Of a stretch of DNA of 53,900 nt, positions 26,387-34,301 are shown one piece after another. Numbering within the stretch: the stretch's first letter is position 1; each line of letters starts with the position of its first letter. The position numbers and the translations under genes were made by a program. Source of the stretch: Candidatus Bathyarchaeota archaeon (GTDB taxonomy: Archaea > Thermoproteota > Bathyarchaeia > Bathyarchaeales > Bathycorpusculaceae). A model generated the notes under the pieces. The model was not told where the DNA came from, did not search any database, and was given only the letters and a program-made list of their open reading frames with translations. Location of the stretch: NCBI GenBank assembly GCA_018396615.1, contig JAGTQT010000005.1:1-53900 (forward strand), read 5' to 3'.

Positions 26387-27076
26387 ATGGCTGAAAAAAC
26401 CATGTGGCGCCACATGTTCACTCTTTTGAAGCTTGCAGAGCTGGGCGCCCATCGAAGAACCGCAAAAATCTCAACCGAATACTTGGCGGCGAAAATGCAA
26501 ACTTCGCAGCAAACAGCCTCCCGCTACCTTATCGAGCTGGAACGTAAAAGATGGATCACCCGAAACATTACTCCGGAAGGATGCTTGATCAAAGTTACTG
26601 AGGAAGGCGCCAAAGAGCTTAACAAGCTTTACTCAAAACTCAAACTTATAGTCGAGGCTTCGTATCCGCTTTCAATAACTTTGGAAGGCGTTGTCTTTAC
26701 AGGGCTTGGCGAAGGCGCATACTACACTTCGAATGAACATTACCGAAAACAGTTCATAGAGAAATTAGGATTTGACCCTTATCCCGGCACGTTAAATCTA
26801 AAGCTTACTACAGATTACGACATAAAAACACGATCAGAGCTGGAAGCCTATCCAGCGGTCGAAGTAGAAGGCTTCCAAATGCAGGAACGCAGCTTCGGTC
26901 CTGTAAGGTGCTATCCCGCAATAGTTCAGAACACAGTAAAAGGCGCCATCGTTACTGCGTTAAGAAGCCACTATGACAACTCCGTTTTAGAGGTTATTTC
27001 GCCTGTCCCATTAAGAAAACATCTGAAACTCAAAGATGGGCACAAAGTGAAAGTCGAGGTTCTGACTCTACCATAA
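26387..27076 (+). CDS. ribK: CTP-dependent riboflavin kinase fused to an N-terminal winged-helix domain (RbkR-type)
   Basis: The C-terminal half (GLGEGAYYTS...GFDPYPGTLNLKL...AIVTALRSHY...LEVISPVPLRKHLKLKDG) matches archaeal RibK of the MJ0056 type. The N-terminal ~90 aa is a wHTH (TSQQTASRYLIELERKRWI). Confidence 0.8.
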   Translation: MAEKTMWRHMFTLLKLAELGAHRRTAKISTEYLAAKMQTSQQTASRYLIELERKRWITRNITPEGCLIKVTEEGAKELNKLYSKLKLIVEASYPLSITLEGVVFTGLGEGAYYTSNEHYRKQFIEKLGFDPYPGTLNLKLTTDYDIKTRSELEAYPAVEVEGFQMQERSFGPVRCYPAIVQNTVKGAIVTALRSHYDNSVLEVISPVPLRKHLKLKDGHKVKVEVLTLP

Positions 27077-27095
27077 GCAAGGTTGTAAAAGAGCC

Positions 27096-27692
27096 TTATG
27101 GATATTCATAAACCATGTCTTGCCGACGCATGGACGCCAACAGGTAACCAGCCAGCAACCCTGTAACTAGGCCACCTACATGAGCGACAATATTAACTCG
27201 CGCATCCGCACCCATGATCAAAAGCAGAAAAGAGAGAAAGAGTGCACCTACTATAGATTGCCCTACCGCACGCCTAATGTAGATGGCGCACGCTCCGAAC
27301 ACTCCAAATACAGCGCCTGAAGCCCCGACAGAAACTATTTTTGGTCCAAGCAAAAGCGTTGTCAAGTTTCCAGCCAGTCCGCTTAGAAGATATATTGCGC
27401 CGTATTCACGGATGCTGAACAATTCTTCTGCTCTTAAGCCAAATATGAGCAGAAAAAACATGTTACCCACCAAATGCACAATATTGGCATGCACGAATAT
27501 TGTTGTCAAAAGCTGCCACACATAGCCATGTTCAAGAACGAGCAAATTGACTTGGCCATACCTTAAGATGACGTCTTGGCTTGTCGTTATGATATCTCCG
27601 CTTAGAAACGACGTATATGCATATACAAGCACGTTAAACGCTATGATTAAGTAGGTTAAGGGGAATTTGCTTGAAGACCAGCCCACAGTCAT
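27096..27692 (-). CDS. rhomboid-family intramembrane serine protease
   Basis: Motifs are HANIVHLVGNM, the catalytic GASGAVFGVFG, and HVGG in the last TM helix. Confidence 0.85.
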   Translation of the reverse strand: MTVGWSSSKFPLTYLIIAFNVLVYAYTSFLSGDIITTSQDVILRYGQVNLLVLEHGYVWQLLTTIFVHANIVHLVGNMFFLLIFGLRAEELFSIREYGAIYLLSGLAGNLTTLLLGPKIVSVGASGAVFGVFGACAIYIRRAVGQSIVGALFLSFLLLIMGADARVNIVAHVGGLVTGLLAGYLLASMRRQDMVYEYP

Positions 27693-28154
27693 CTATTTCC
27701 TCAACTGCTCAATAATTCTCTGCTTTATCTTTGAGGAGCTATTTAATTCAGCCTCGTCAAATTTGCCTACTTTAACGACTATTGTCTTCAAACCATGGGT
27801 TTTTACATATTTTTTTGCTTCTTCTTCCAAATCGCCTCGGTCGTAGCCAAGCGCTATCACGTCAGGCTTCATCTCTTCTATGATTCGCCCCATGTCAAAA
27901 TTTTCGTGCCCCAGAACCGCCTTGTCAACCACCTTCAAAGATTCAACAAGCGCCACCCGCTGATCCTCAGGCATAATAGGAGCAACGCCTCTTCTTTTCA
28001 AGACCGTAGTGTCCCGCGCAACAATAACTACAAGCCTGGCTCCTGGCCCGCCGATCTTGCGTGCCTCCTCTAAATAGCGAACATGACCTAAATGCAGCAG
28101 GTCAAATACGCCTGAAGCAAGAACCGTTTTCGGCTTCATCTGTTCGTTGGCCAC
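27693..28154 (-). CDS. ribL: archaeal FAD synthase (FMN adenylyltransferase, RibL type)
   Basis: ASGVFDLLHLGHVRYLEEA...VVIVARDTTV...IMPEDQRVALVESLKVVDKAVLG closely resembles RibL of the MJ1179 type. Confidence 0.75.
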   Translation of the reverse strand: MANEQMKPKTVLASGVFDLLHLGHVRYLEEARKIGGPGARLVVIVARDTTVLKRRGVAPIMPEDQRVALVESLKVVDKAVLGHENFDMGRIIEEMKPDVIALGYDRGDLEEEAKKYVKTHGLKTIVVKVGKFDEAELNSSSKIKQRIIEQLRK

Positions 28155-28405
28155 TCGAACCGCACGCCTCCTAGCAGCCTGAGGGCGTCAAGCAAGCCCT
28201 CACAATAAGCGATTGACGTTAAGCTTACGGCAAGTTCCCCTTTTTCCCTATAATACTCTGCATCCTTAAAATAGTCTTTTGCCAATGTGACCACCCGTTG
28301 TAGATCTTCCGCGTTGACCATGATGGATTTATCAGCGATTTCAAGCTCTCTCAAAGCATGTTCCGCAGAATGCATGTACTTTGCGACTAACTTTTCCAAG
28401 CTCAC
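28136..28405 (-). CDS. DUF357-like small helical protein
   Basis: The pattern ...AKDYFKDAEYYREKGELAVSLTSIAYCEGLLDAL... fits my memory of DUF357. The gene overlaps ribL by 19 nt. Confidence 0.45.
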   Translation of the reverse strand: MSLEKLVAKYMHSAEHALRELEIADKSIMVNAEDLQRVVTLAKDYFKDAEYYREKGELAVSLTSIAYCEGLLDALRLLGGVRFEWPTNR

Positions 28406-29200
28406 TTAGACCCCTCTCCGCAGTTCTTCAGGCGCGCCAGCGAGAACTATCAATGCTTCTGCCTCCATAAAGTGAAGTTCTCCGGGGAATATGAGGCTGT
28501 GAGGTGGGTTGCCAAAGTTGAAGGAAAGCATTTCGCCAATAAATCCGGCTTTGACGGTTGGGCTTCTGCTTCCAGCCCTTGCCACGCCAACAACTAGAGT
28601 TCTAGGTGTAGCAACTCCTTTTCCTTCTTTTTTTTCTGTCTTCAAAAGCATTTGCAGGGCTTCATTGGTGCTGAGATATCTTTTTTGAGATGCCTGTATG
28701 TCCAGCAAGCATAGAGTGTGGAGACCTGCGGCCTTGTTTTTGGCGATTACGTTATACGGCGTGGTTGAATGGGTTTCTGGAAAGGGTATGGTTACAGTTT
28801 TTCCAAACTTGTAATTATGCAAGCCAGACAAGCCGATAACCGCTGACACTATTGAGGCGCCGTGAACTATCCTAGTTTTTATTCCTTGTTTTGCAGCATC
28901 AATTCTCAAGGCAACATGGGTAGTAGCGATAAGCGGGTCGCCTGGCACCAAAATCACGGCTTTGCCATTTTTCGCTGCAGTAAGAACTACTTTGCCGTTC
29001 TCGTCCTCAAGCTCTTTGCGAGTTACCTCAATTATAGATTTATCGCACGTTGCTTCAAGCCGCTTAATCGAAAGGTTTGGCATTAAACTGGTGTAAAGTT
29101 CAATAAAAACGCTATCAGCAGTTCTAGTTTCTTCCAGGCCACGAAGACTTATACCAGCCTCGTCATATAAGCCAAGTCCCACAAATACGATTTCGCCCAT
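28406..29200 (-). CDS. dphB: diphthine synthase
   Basis: This is a tetrapyrrole-methylase fold with the typical N-terminus (IVFVGLGLYDEAGISLRGLE), plus ILVPGDPLIATTH and the LHFMEAEAL tail. Confidence 0.85.
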   Translation of the reverse strand: MGEIVFVGLGLYDEAGISLRGLEETRTADSVFIELYTSLMPNLSIKRLEATCDKSIIEVTRKELEDENGKVVLTAAKNGKAVILVPGDPLIATTHVALRIDAAKQGIKTRIVHGASIVSAVIGLSGLHNYKFGKTVTIPFPETHSTTPYNVIAKNKAAGLHTLCLLDIQASQKRYLSTNEALQMLLKTEKKEGKGVATPRTLVVGVARAGSRSPTVKAGFIGEMLSFNFGNPPHSLIFPGELHFMEAEALIVLAGAPEELRRGV

Positions 29201-29595
29201 TAAACCTCACTACGTTACATAGTTATGGCATGCTGTTCGAAGCTATTAATTTTGGCTTATCATAATTATCTATGGGTCTATGATTGGAACTAGAACTTTC
29301 TTCCAAAACTAATATTTATCAGAAGTATGATTGACTTCCCACAGCACAGAAAGAGGATAGCAAGAAGGCATCTGAAAGACGAGATGGAGAGAATAACCTA
29401 CTATCCTTCTTCTTGCTACCCCCTCGCTTCTACTTTTGTTGTTTCTCACTTTTAAATTTTTTTGTATATCCATCATGAGACCAAAAGCAAGTTCAAAAGT
29501 ATGAGTATGTATTGCAACTTCAGTATGATGCACATAGGCTAGCAAGGAGACAAGGCGCCAAAACATACATCAAACTGCAAAATCAACCGCAAGCT

Positions 29596-29606
29596 CTATA
29601 TTTTTT
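29596..29606 (+). promoter_or_regulatory. TATA box for the tRNA-Lys gene
   Basis: ctatatttttt is centred about 35 nt upstream of the mature tRNA 5' end. Confidence 0.5.
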
Positions 29607-29635
29607 GACGAATTCTCTCTCAAACAAGCCTCAAA

Positions 29636-29710
29636 GGGCCCGTAGCTCAGTCAGGCTAGAGCACCGGACTCTTAATCCGGGTGTCGCGGGTTCAATTCCC
29701 GTCGGGCCCG
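29636..29710 (+). tRNA. tRNA-Lys (anticodon CUU), no intron, CCA not encoded
   Basis: I hand-folded the cloverleaf. Acceptor stem: GGGCCCG/CGGGCCC. D stem: GCTC/GAGC. Anticodon stem: CCGGA/TCCGG, with loop CT-CTT-AA. T stem: GCGGG/CCCGT, with loop TTCAATT. Discriminator: G. Confidence 0.9.
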
Positions 29711-29734
29711 CATTTCTATTATATTCTTTTTGGC

Positions 29735-29953
29735 TCATTTTAGCTGTATAGACTTCTTATCAAGGATGTCGGCCAATATCTTTTCTGCGTATGGAATGTG
29801 GTCTCCCATTTCCGGAAACATGATGTGCATGGCTTCATGGAAAATTGTCAGAATAAACTCCTTCAAACAATAGTCAAAGTTTTTTTCCCAATCGCAATAA
29901 CCGACATACACGTGAATAACGCCTTCCGGATGTTTGCTATTAATAAAATACAT
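29735..29953 (-). CDS. 72-aa protein with an HExxH motif (possible minimal metallopeptidase-like protein)
   Basis: The motif is ...TIFHEAMHIMFPEMGDH.... The upstream frame is closed by a TAG at about 30012 with no alternative start, so the ORF really is short. Confidence 0.4.
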   Translation of the reverse strand: MYFINSKHPEGVIHVYVGYCDWEKNFDYCLKEFILTIFHEAMHIMFPEMGDHIPYAEKILADILDKKSIQLK

Positions 29954-30073
29954 TCCTTCAACTGGGGAGGGACATAGTTCTTTGGCAAAGCTTTTTGCTG
30001 TTTTCTTGAAAGTCTAGGAAAACATTCGATCTCCATCATCTAAACCCTTATTTTTCAAAAAACTTTTGTGGAA

Positions 30074-30790
30074 CTAAAATTCTCTGGGCTTTTTTAGGAC
30101 TAGGTAGAATGTTGTGGCGATAAAGAAGACAGTAGTCACTACCAAGATGGCGACAACGCGTCTTGTGTTCTCAAGTTCTATGATACCTTGATTCCAGTAG
30201 GTTTCATTAAGCTTAGTGTAGTTTTTCCACAGTTGCTGATAGGTTTCGTTTAGCTCCAGAAGCCTTCTTTCAAGGTCTTCTAAGTATATGTTTCTCACAT
30301 AGGTTATTGCAACCATCTTGTCAAGTCTTTTAGGCTCGTCGGCAATTCTGTAGGCGCACTGGAGTTCAGCATAGGTTGTGTCCCACACGTCACCTGGGAC
30401 TGTGGTGTCATTCTGATAGCTAATTGTTTGATTAAATTCTAATGGTGTTGCAGAAGTTATGCAACGCCTGCTCAGCAGCACTGTTTTCTCCTTTCCTTCT
30501 CTATACCCGTAGATGCTAACGTTCAAGCTGTCAACGGTGACGTCGAGCGACCTGCATGTGATTGACAAGATGAAGGTAAGATTCTGCCCTGGAACGGTTT
30601 CGCTTGTAGCGTTGAGTTTGACTGCCATTCCCGAATACACTTGGTCTAGAAATATCTGTGTGGAAGACATGCCGGATGCATGTATGTTTCTGAGAGAGGC
30701 GATCATGATGCAGAGAGCTATTAATGTGATCATAAGCTCTTTGGGTTTCATAGGCTTACCAGCTTGAAGTGGTGATGCTAGGTTTAGCAT
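30074..30790 (-). CDS. hypothetical surface protein: signal/TM helix, extracellular domain, coiled coil, C-terminal TM anchor
   Basis: Features are an N-terminal hydrophobic segment (MKPKELMITLIALCIMIASL; the likely start is ATG 30751), many N-x-S/T sequons, and a C-terminal anchor VVAILVVTTVFFIATTFYLVLKK. Confidence 0.45.
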   Translation of the reverse strand: MLNLASPLQAGKPMKPKELMITLIALCIMIASLRNIHASGMSSTQIFLDQVYSGMAVKLNATSETVPGQNLTFILSITCRSLDVTVDSLNVSIYGYREGKEKTVLLSRRCITSATPLEFNQTISYQNDTTVPGDVWDTTYAELQCAYRIADEPKRLDKMVAITYVRNIYLEDLERRLLELNETYQQLWKNYTKLNETYWNQGIIELENTRRVVAILVVTTVFFIATTFYLVLKKPREF

Positions 30791-30859
30791 AGATTATTCT
30801 TAAAGTTTTTTGCTGCTTCCGAAGAAGATGGTGATGTACAACTGTTCTTGCGCAGTGGA

Positions 30860-31099
30860 TTAGCGTATTGACCGAATAAAGCGCAGATATAAAAAGGCAA
30901 AGTATACTGCTGTAAAGAGTGTAAGCGCAGTCTCTACTGTGAGGATGGCTGGGTTTTGCTCTACTGCGGTGAAGTAGCCGTGTTGAAGTATGTCTGTGAA
31001 CACCAGAATTTGGAGGAATATTGCGCCGCCCAGACAGCTTAATCCCAGACTGTGGAAGAGTAGCTGTATTCGGCGGTTGAGTTTGGCTTTGGCTATCAT
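30860..31099 (-). CDS. small hypothetical membrane protein (79 aa)
   Basis: Two to three hydrophobic helices. I prefer it over the overlapping 120-aa ORF in another frame, which has a Pro/Ser/His-rich, random-looking composition. Confidence 0.35.
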   Translation of the reverse strand: MIAKAKLNRRIQLLFHSLGLSCLGGAIFLQILVFTDILQHGYFTAVEQNPAILTVETALTLFTAVYFAFLYLRFIRSIR

Positions 31100-31194
31100 G
31101 GTCTTTCTTGAATAGCAAGAGTAGCGATAACGCTTTATGCGTTACGAATCCACAATATGAACACTAACTAACGAGCAAAAATCCACGATAAAAC

Positions 31195-32535
31195 CTAAGC
31201 AAACACGTATTCCTTCCCCTTCTCCGGCAGACACACGCGACCTTTCCAATCCCGCATAAGCCCAGCAAACAAGTCAGCATGCTCAGTATGAACTGGAAAA
31301 ATCTTTTCAGCATCAAGTTCACCGAGAATGCTGCGAAGTTGCAGCGGCATTATATGTCCCGAAACATGCACATGGTACTGAGGCAGCCCGTAATGCTTAA
31401 GCCAGCTAACCAGTCTATCAAAATCCATCTCCATCTCCTCATTAAAGGGCTCAGACGCAGAAACCACGTAGCAGCTGCCTGCCTCTGGCTTGATGCCAAC
31501 AAGCTGCTCCAAGTCGTAGAAGGACAATGTCAAAGTAACCTTGCACTGGCGCTTCGAAAGCTCGAACACATCAACAACCCTTTCAGGGTACTGCTTAGCA
31601 ATTTTGCTTTCCCACTTTTCATAGCGCTTCTTCGATTTTCGAAAAATCAATATGTTCTCGTCATCTAAGCTTGGGACTCTAAGATTTCTATCACTGCGCA
31701 ACGCGTTCAACAAGTAAGCCTGCCTAATTGAAAGAGCCAAACACCGACCACTTTTCTTGGCAACACGGTAAAAGCTGTTTAAGCGGTCGATGTCGGCAAA
31801 TGCGAACTCTGCCAACATAATTCCCTTTGTCTGATCAGCAATACTGTTAAGCTTGCTCTCAACTTCACTTTCAGAAGAAACAGAAGCCCCAGTCATATTC
31901 GTGGCTTCAGTAACCACGGCAACAGCATCTGAAGCCTTTGCTTTCTCGATGAAATCCCGTGTCATCTCAGGCTTTGAGCCGTGAATTCTGAAATCTCCGG
32001 TATAAGCAACTGAGCCGCCCGAAGTATGAATGACAAAGCCGTATGCGCCAGGAACAGAGTGATCAACGTGGACAGGTTCAACCGTCACGTTGCCAACGCG
32101 AATCTTGTCCCCTGTTCTAAAAGAGTTGAAAGACAAGCCTTCAACATCAAACTCGAGGTCGGTTCTTCGGATTTCATCAAGTGTTTGTAAGATGGTTTTG
32201 GTTGTTTCCCCACAGTGAATGGGAATGTCTCTGTTAACGAATGAGAGGTGGGCAACATGATCTAGGTGAGCGTGGGAAATGAAAACTGCGTCAATCTGAG
32301 GTGCTTTCTCGTCGAATTTGTAGATACCTTCAAGTTCAGGAAGAATCCCGAGCTCCCGCAGGCTTTCTGCAGTTTTCGGAGAGAGAAAGGGAGGCGAATA
32401 AAACCGCTTTTTCATGGCGAAAGATGCGCCGAAATCAAAGAAAATCCTTGTATCTCCATCTCTAAGGAGCATCTTGTTGCCGCCGATTTCGTTCACTCCG
32501 CCATAAAAGGTCAGCGAGACTTCTTTCTTCACCAT
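31195..32535 (-). CDS. rnj: archaeal RNase J (metallo-beta-lactamase / beta-CASP ribonuclease)
   Basis: Motifs are FYGGVNEIGGNKMLL and ISHAHLDHVAH (HxHxDH), with beta-CASP-region histidines (PVHVDHS, HVSGH). At 446 aa it has the size typical of archaeal RNase J. Confidence 0.8.
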   Translation of the reverse strand: MVKKEVSLTFYGGVNEIGGNKMLLRDGDTRIFFDFGASFAMKKRFYSPPFLSPKTAESLRELGILPELEGIYKFDEKAPQIDAVFISHAHLDHVAHLSFVNRDIPIHCGETTKTILQTLDEIRRTDLEFDVEGLSFNSFRTGDKIRVGNVTVEPVHVDHSVPGAYGFVIHTSGGSVAYTGDFRIHGSKPEMTRDFIEKAKASDAVAVVTEATNMTGASVSSESEVESKLNSIADQTKGIMLAEFAFADIDRLNSFYRVAKKSGRCLALSIRQAYLLNALRSDRNLRVPSLDDENILIFRKSKKRYEKWESKIAKQYPERVVDVFELSKRQCKVTLTLSFYDLEQLVGIKPEAGSCYVVSASEPFNEEMEMDFDRLVSWLKHYGLPQYHVHVSGHIMPLQLRSILGELDAEKIFPVHTEHADLFAGLMRDWKGRVCLPEKGKEYVFA

Positions 32536-32537
32536 GA

Positions 32538-34295
32538 TTACACCTTCAGCTTGTCAGCTTTCTTGCAGACATTTGATATAGTAAGCATTATTAGCGGAGG
32601 TGTAAAGACGCTGAAAACTTTGGTGTATTTTGGAGTGCTTGCCTTCATTACGGTTTCACTTTTTCCGCCTGCTTCTACATATCCTTTTACGAACTCGTCA
32701 GCGATAATTTCTGCAACGTGAGCGTTAGTTAGTGGCGGAAGATCGTGCCCCATATAATAGAGAAACTCAGCTACATCCCACACTGCGTCGCCGCCGCGTG
32801 AAGCCTGCTCAAAATCCATTAGAACAATCTCGCCATGCTTGCCTATTACAATGTTCTGCGGTTTGGTATCGCCTAGAGCTATGCCGAGGCGATGCACTTT
32901 AGCAAGTTTTCTGCCAACTCTTCTGAGAACTCTTAGATGCTTTCTTTTTTCTCCAGCGGATTTGGAGGTTGCAATCTTTTTTATGATTTTACTAAGGTTT
33001 TCGCCTTCTACATACTCCATAAAGACGAGGCGGTCACGGTGACTTACATGCAGAATCCTAGGAATATGGAACCCCTTTTCTCCTAGAAACTGGTTTATAG
33101 TGCATTCTCTTTCCAGTCTTGCCTTGCCAGAAACAGCGAAGGCTCTGGTGCCAACGGTCCACAGTGTAAGGGGGAACCATTTGAAACTCGACCAATCTTT
33201 AAACCGCTTCGCCACTATCTTTTTTTCCTCGCCGTCAACCCTTGCTCTAACGAGGTAAACGTCGTTTAAAACGCCGCCTGTTTCGCTGATTTCTACGGGA
33301 ACGTCATTGCCGAGAGAAAGTACTTTTCGGGAAACCGTTTTTATGTTGCCTCTCTCCGCCAATGAGACTAGCCCACGTGCAGTTGGAACAAAAAGATATT
33401 TTTGAGGAGCCTCAAACTGCTCAATGATCCCAGATTCCAAGTTCCTAGTCCTGCGAAAGAGGGGATAAACATCTCTGTTCTGAGAGAACGAGTCTAACAT
33501 CCTTGGAACGATTCTTAAGGTTGACAAAAAGAGGGCTCTCTGCGCTGATCTGAACAGGCTTGTGAATTGAAACTTTCGACTCCGGATCTTATCTGCAAAT
33601 TCTTCCGTAATCTTCACGTATTCGTCTGAGAAGATGATTGCTTTCTCCTTTTCAAGAAGTTTCAGCGCCTTCAGGTATCCTTGCAAAATCGTCTTTTCGC
33701 TTGTTTTCCATGTTCTCTCTTGGCTAAGGAAAAGAAATCCGTAGATTAATGGCGGAAAAAGCCGAACTCTGCTCATTATGGCCTCGTACATGAAGTATTC
33801 AGGCTTTATGCTCATGTCAAGATGCATTGTTGGAAATTCCAAAACGAGATTTTGAAGCATCTCGCTGATAAGTCTCTTTTTAAGTTTGACTTCTTGAGCA
33901 TGCAGATAATCTGGATTTGTCAGCGCGGTGTAGGGGAATATTAACAAGCCGGCTAAGGCTTCTCCTAGGAAACCTCGGTCTACATCTCTTTCAAAGACCC
34001 ATTCGTCCACTACCACGATTACAATGTTTTTTCCTTCCCATGTTTTGAGGTAGCTAATAAGTCTAGGCTGAAAACCGCGAATTATCAGCAAAACTTCTAG
34101 TGTCGTTTTTTTCTCAAGCAGCTGCAGTTCGCAGGTGTCGCCCATGCATGCCGCCGTAATAGGAGAGGAGCCAGCTATGCTTCTGCAGAAACTGAGAACC
34201 CATCTAGCAAGCTTCCTGTTAACTGGCTCTTCTTGTTTGCTCAACATCACACCTAGGAAAGAGACTGATAAGGATAGAATGCCCAGATTCGCCAA
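32538..34295 (-). CDS. atypical protein-kinase-like domain (RIO/Bud32/Kdo-like) fused to an uncharacterised N-terminal domain of about 320 aa
   Basis: The C-terminal half carries GGVLNDVYLV...KIVAKRF (Gly loop and Lys), FMEYVEG (hinge), LGDTKPQNIVI (catalytic loop) and LMDFEQAS (DFG-like). I do not recognise the N-terminal half. The start is uncertain (TTG 34295 or ATG 34247). Confidence 0.55.
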   Translation of the reverse strand: MANLGILSLSVSFLGVMLSKQEEPVNRKLARWVLSFCRSIAGSSPITAACMGDTCELQLLEKKTTLEVLLIIRGFQPRLISYLKTWEGKNIVIVVVDEWVFERDVDRGFLGEALAGLLIFPYTALTNPDYLHAQEVKLKKRLISEMLQNLVLEFPTMHLDMSIKPEYFMYEAIMSRVRLFPPLIYGFLFLSQERTWKTSEKTILQGYLKALKLLEKEKAIIFSDEYVKITEEFADKIRSRKFQFTSLFRSAQRALFLSTLRIVPRMLDSFSQNRDVYPLFRRTRNLESGIIEQFEAPQKYLFVPTARGLVSLAERGNIKTVSRKVLSLGNDVPVEISETGGVLNDVYLVRARVDGEEKKIVAKRFKDWSSFKWFPLTLWTVGTRAFAVSGKARLERECTINQFLGEKGFHIPRILHVSHRDRLVFMEYVEGENLSKIIKKIATSKSAGEKRKHLRVLRRVGRKLAKVHRLGIALGDTKPQNIVIGKHGEIVLMDFEQASRGGDAVWDVAEFLYYMGHDLPPLTNAHVAEIIADEFVKGYVEAGGKSETVMKASTPKYTKVFSVFTPPLIMLTISNVCKKADKLKV

Positions 34296-34301
34296 ATATA
34301 T

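Noticed and set aside
29320-29385. Possible C/D-box sRNA (ATGATTGA ... CTGA about 55 nt apart). ATGATGC at 29526 was also considered.
   Set aside because: The C-box candidates deviate from RUGAUGA (an extra U, or a missing terminal A). I could not identify matching C'/D' boxes or a terminal stem.
29309-29751. ORFs 29309..29566 (-) and 29512..29751 (+) in the dphB to tRNA gap.
   Set aside because: The plus-strand ORF runs straight through the tRNA-Lys gene. The minus-strand ORF has no RBS, a His/Val/Leu-rich random-looking sequence and no recognisable motif.
30756-31118. 120-aa minus-strand ORF overlapping the 79-aa membrane ORF in another frame.
   Set aside because: Its composition (Pro/Ser/His/Thr-rich, no hydrophobic core) looks non-coding. 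The 79-aa frame gives coherent TM helices. Both remain weak.
29636-31190. Integrated mobile element using tRNA-Lys as its attachment site.
   Set aside because: There is no integrase or transposase gene, and I could not spot a downstream direct repeat of the tRNA 3' end by eye. It is kept only as a low-confidence note inside the islet finding.
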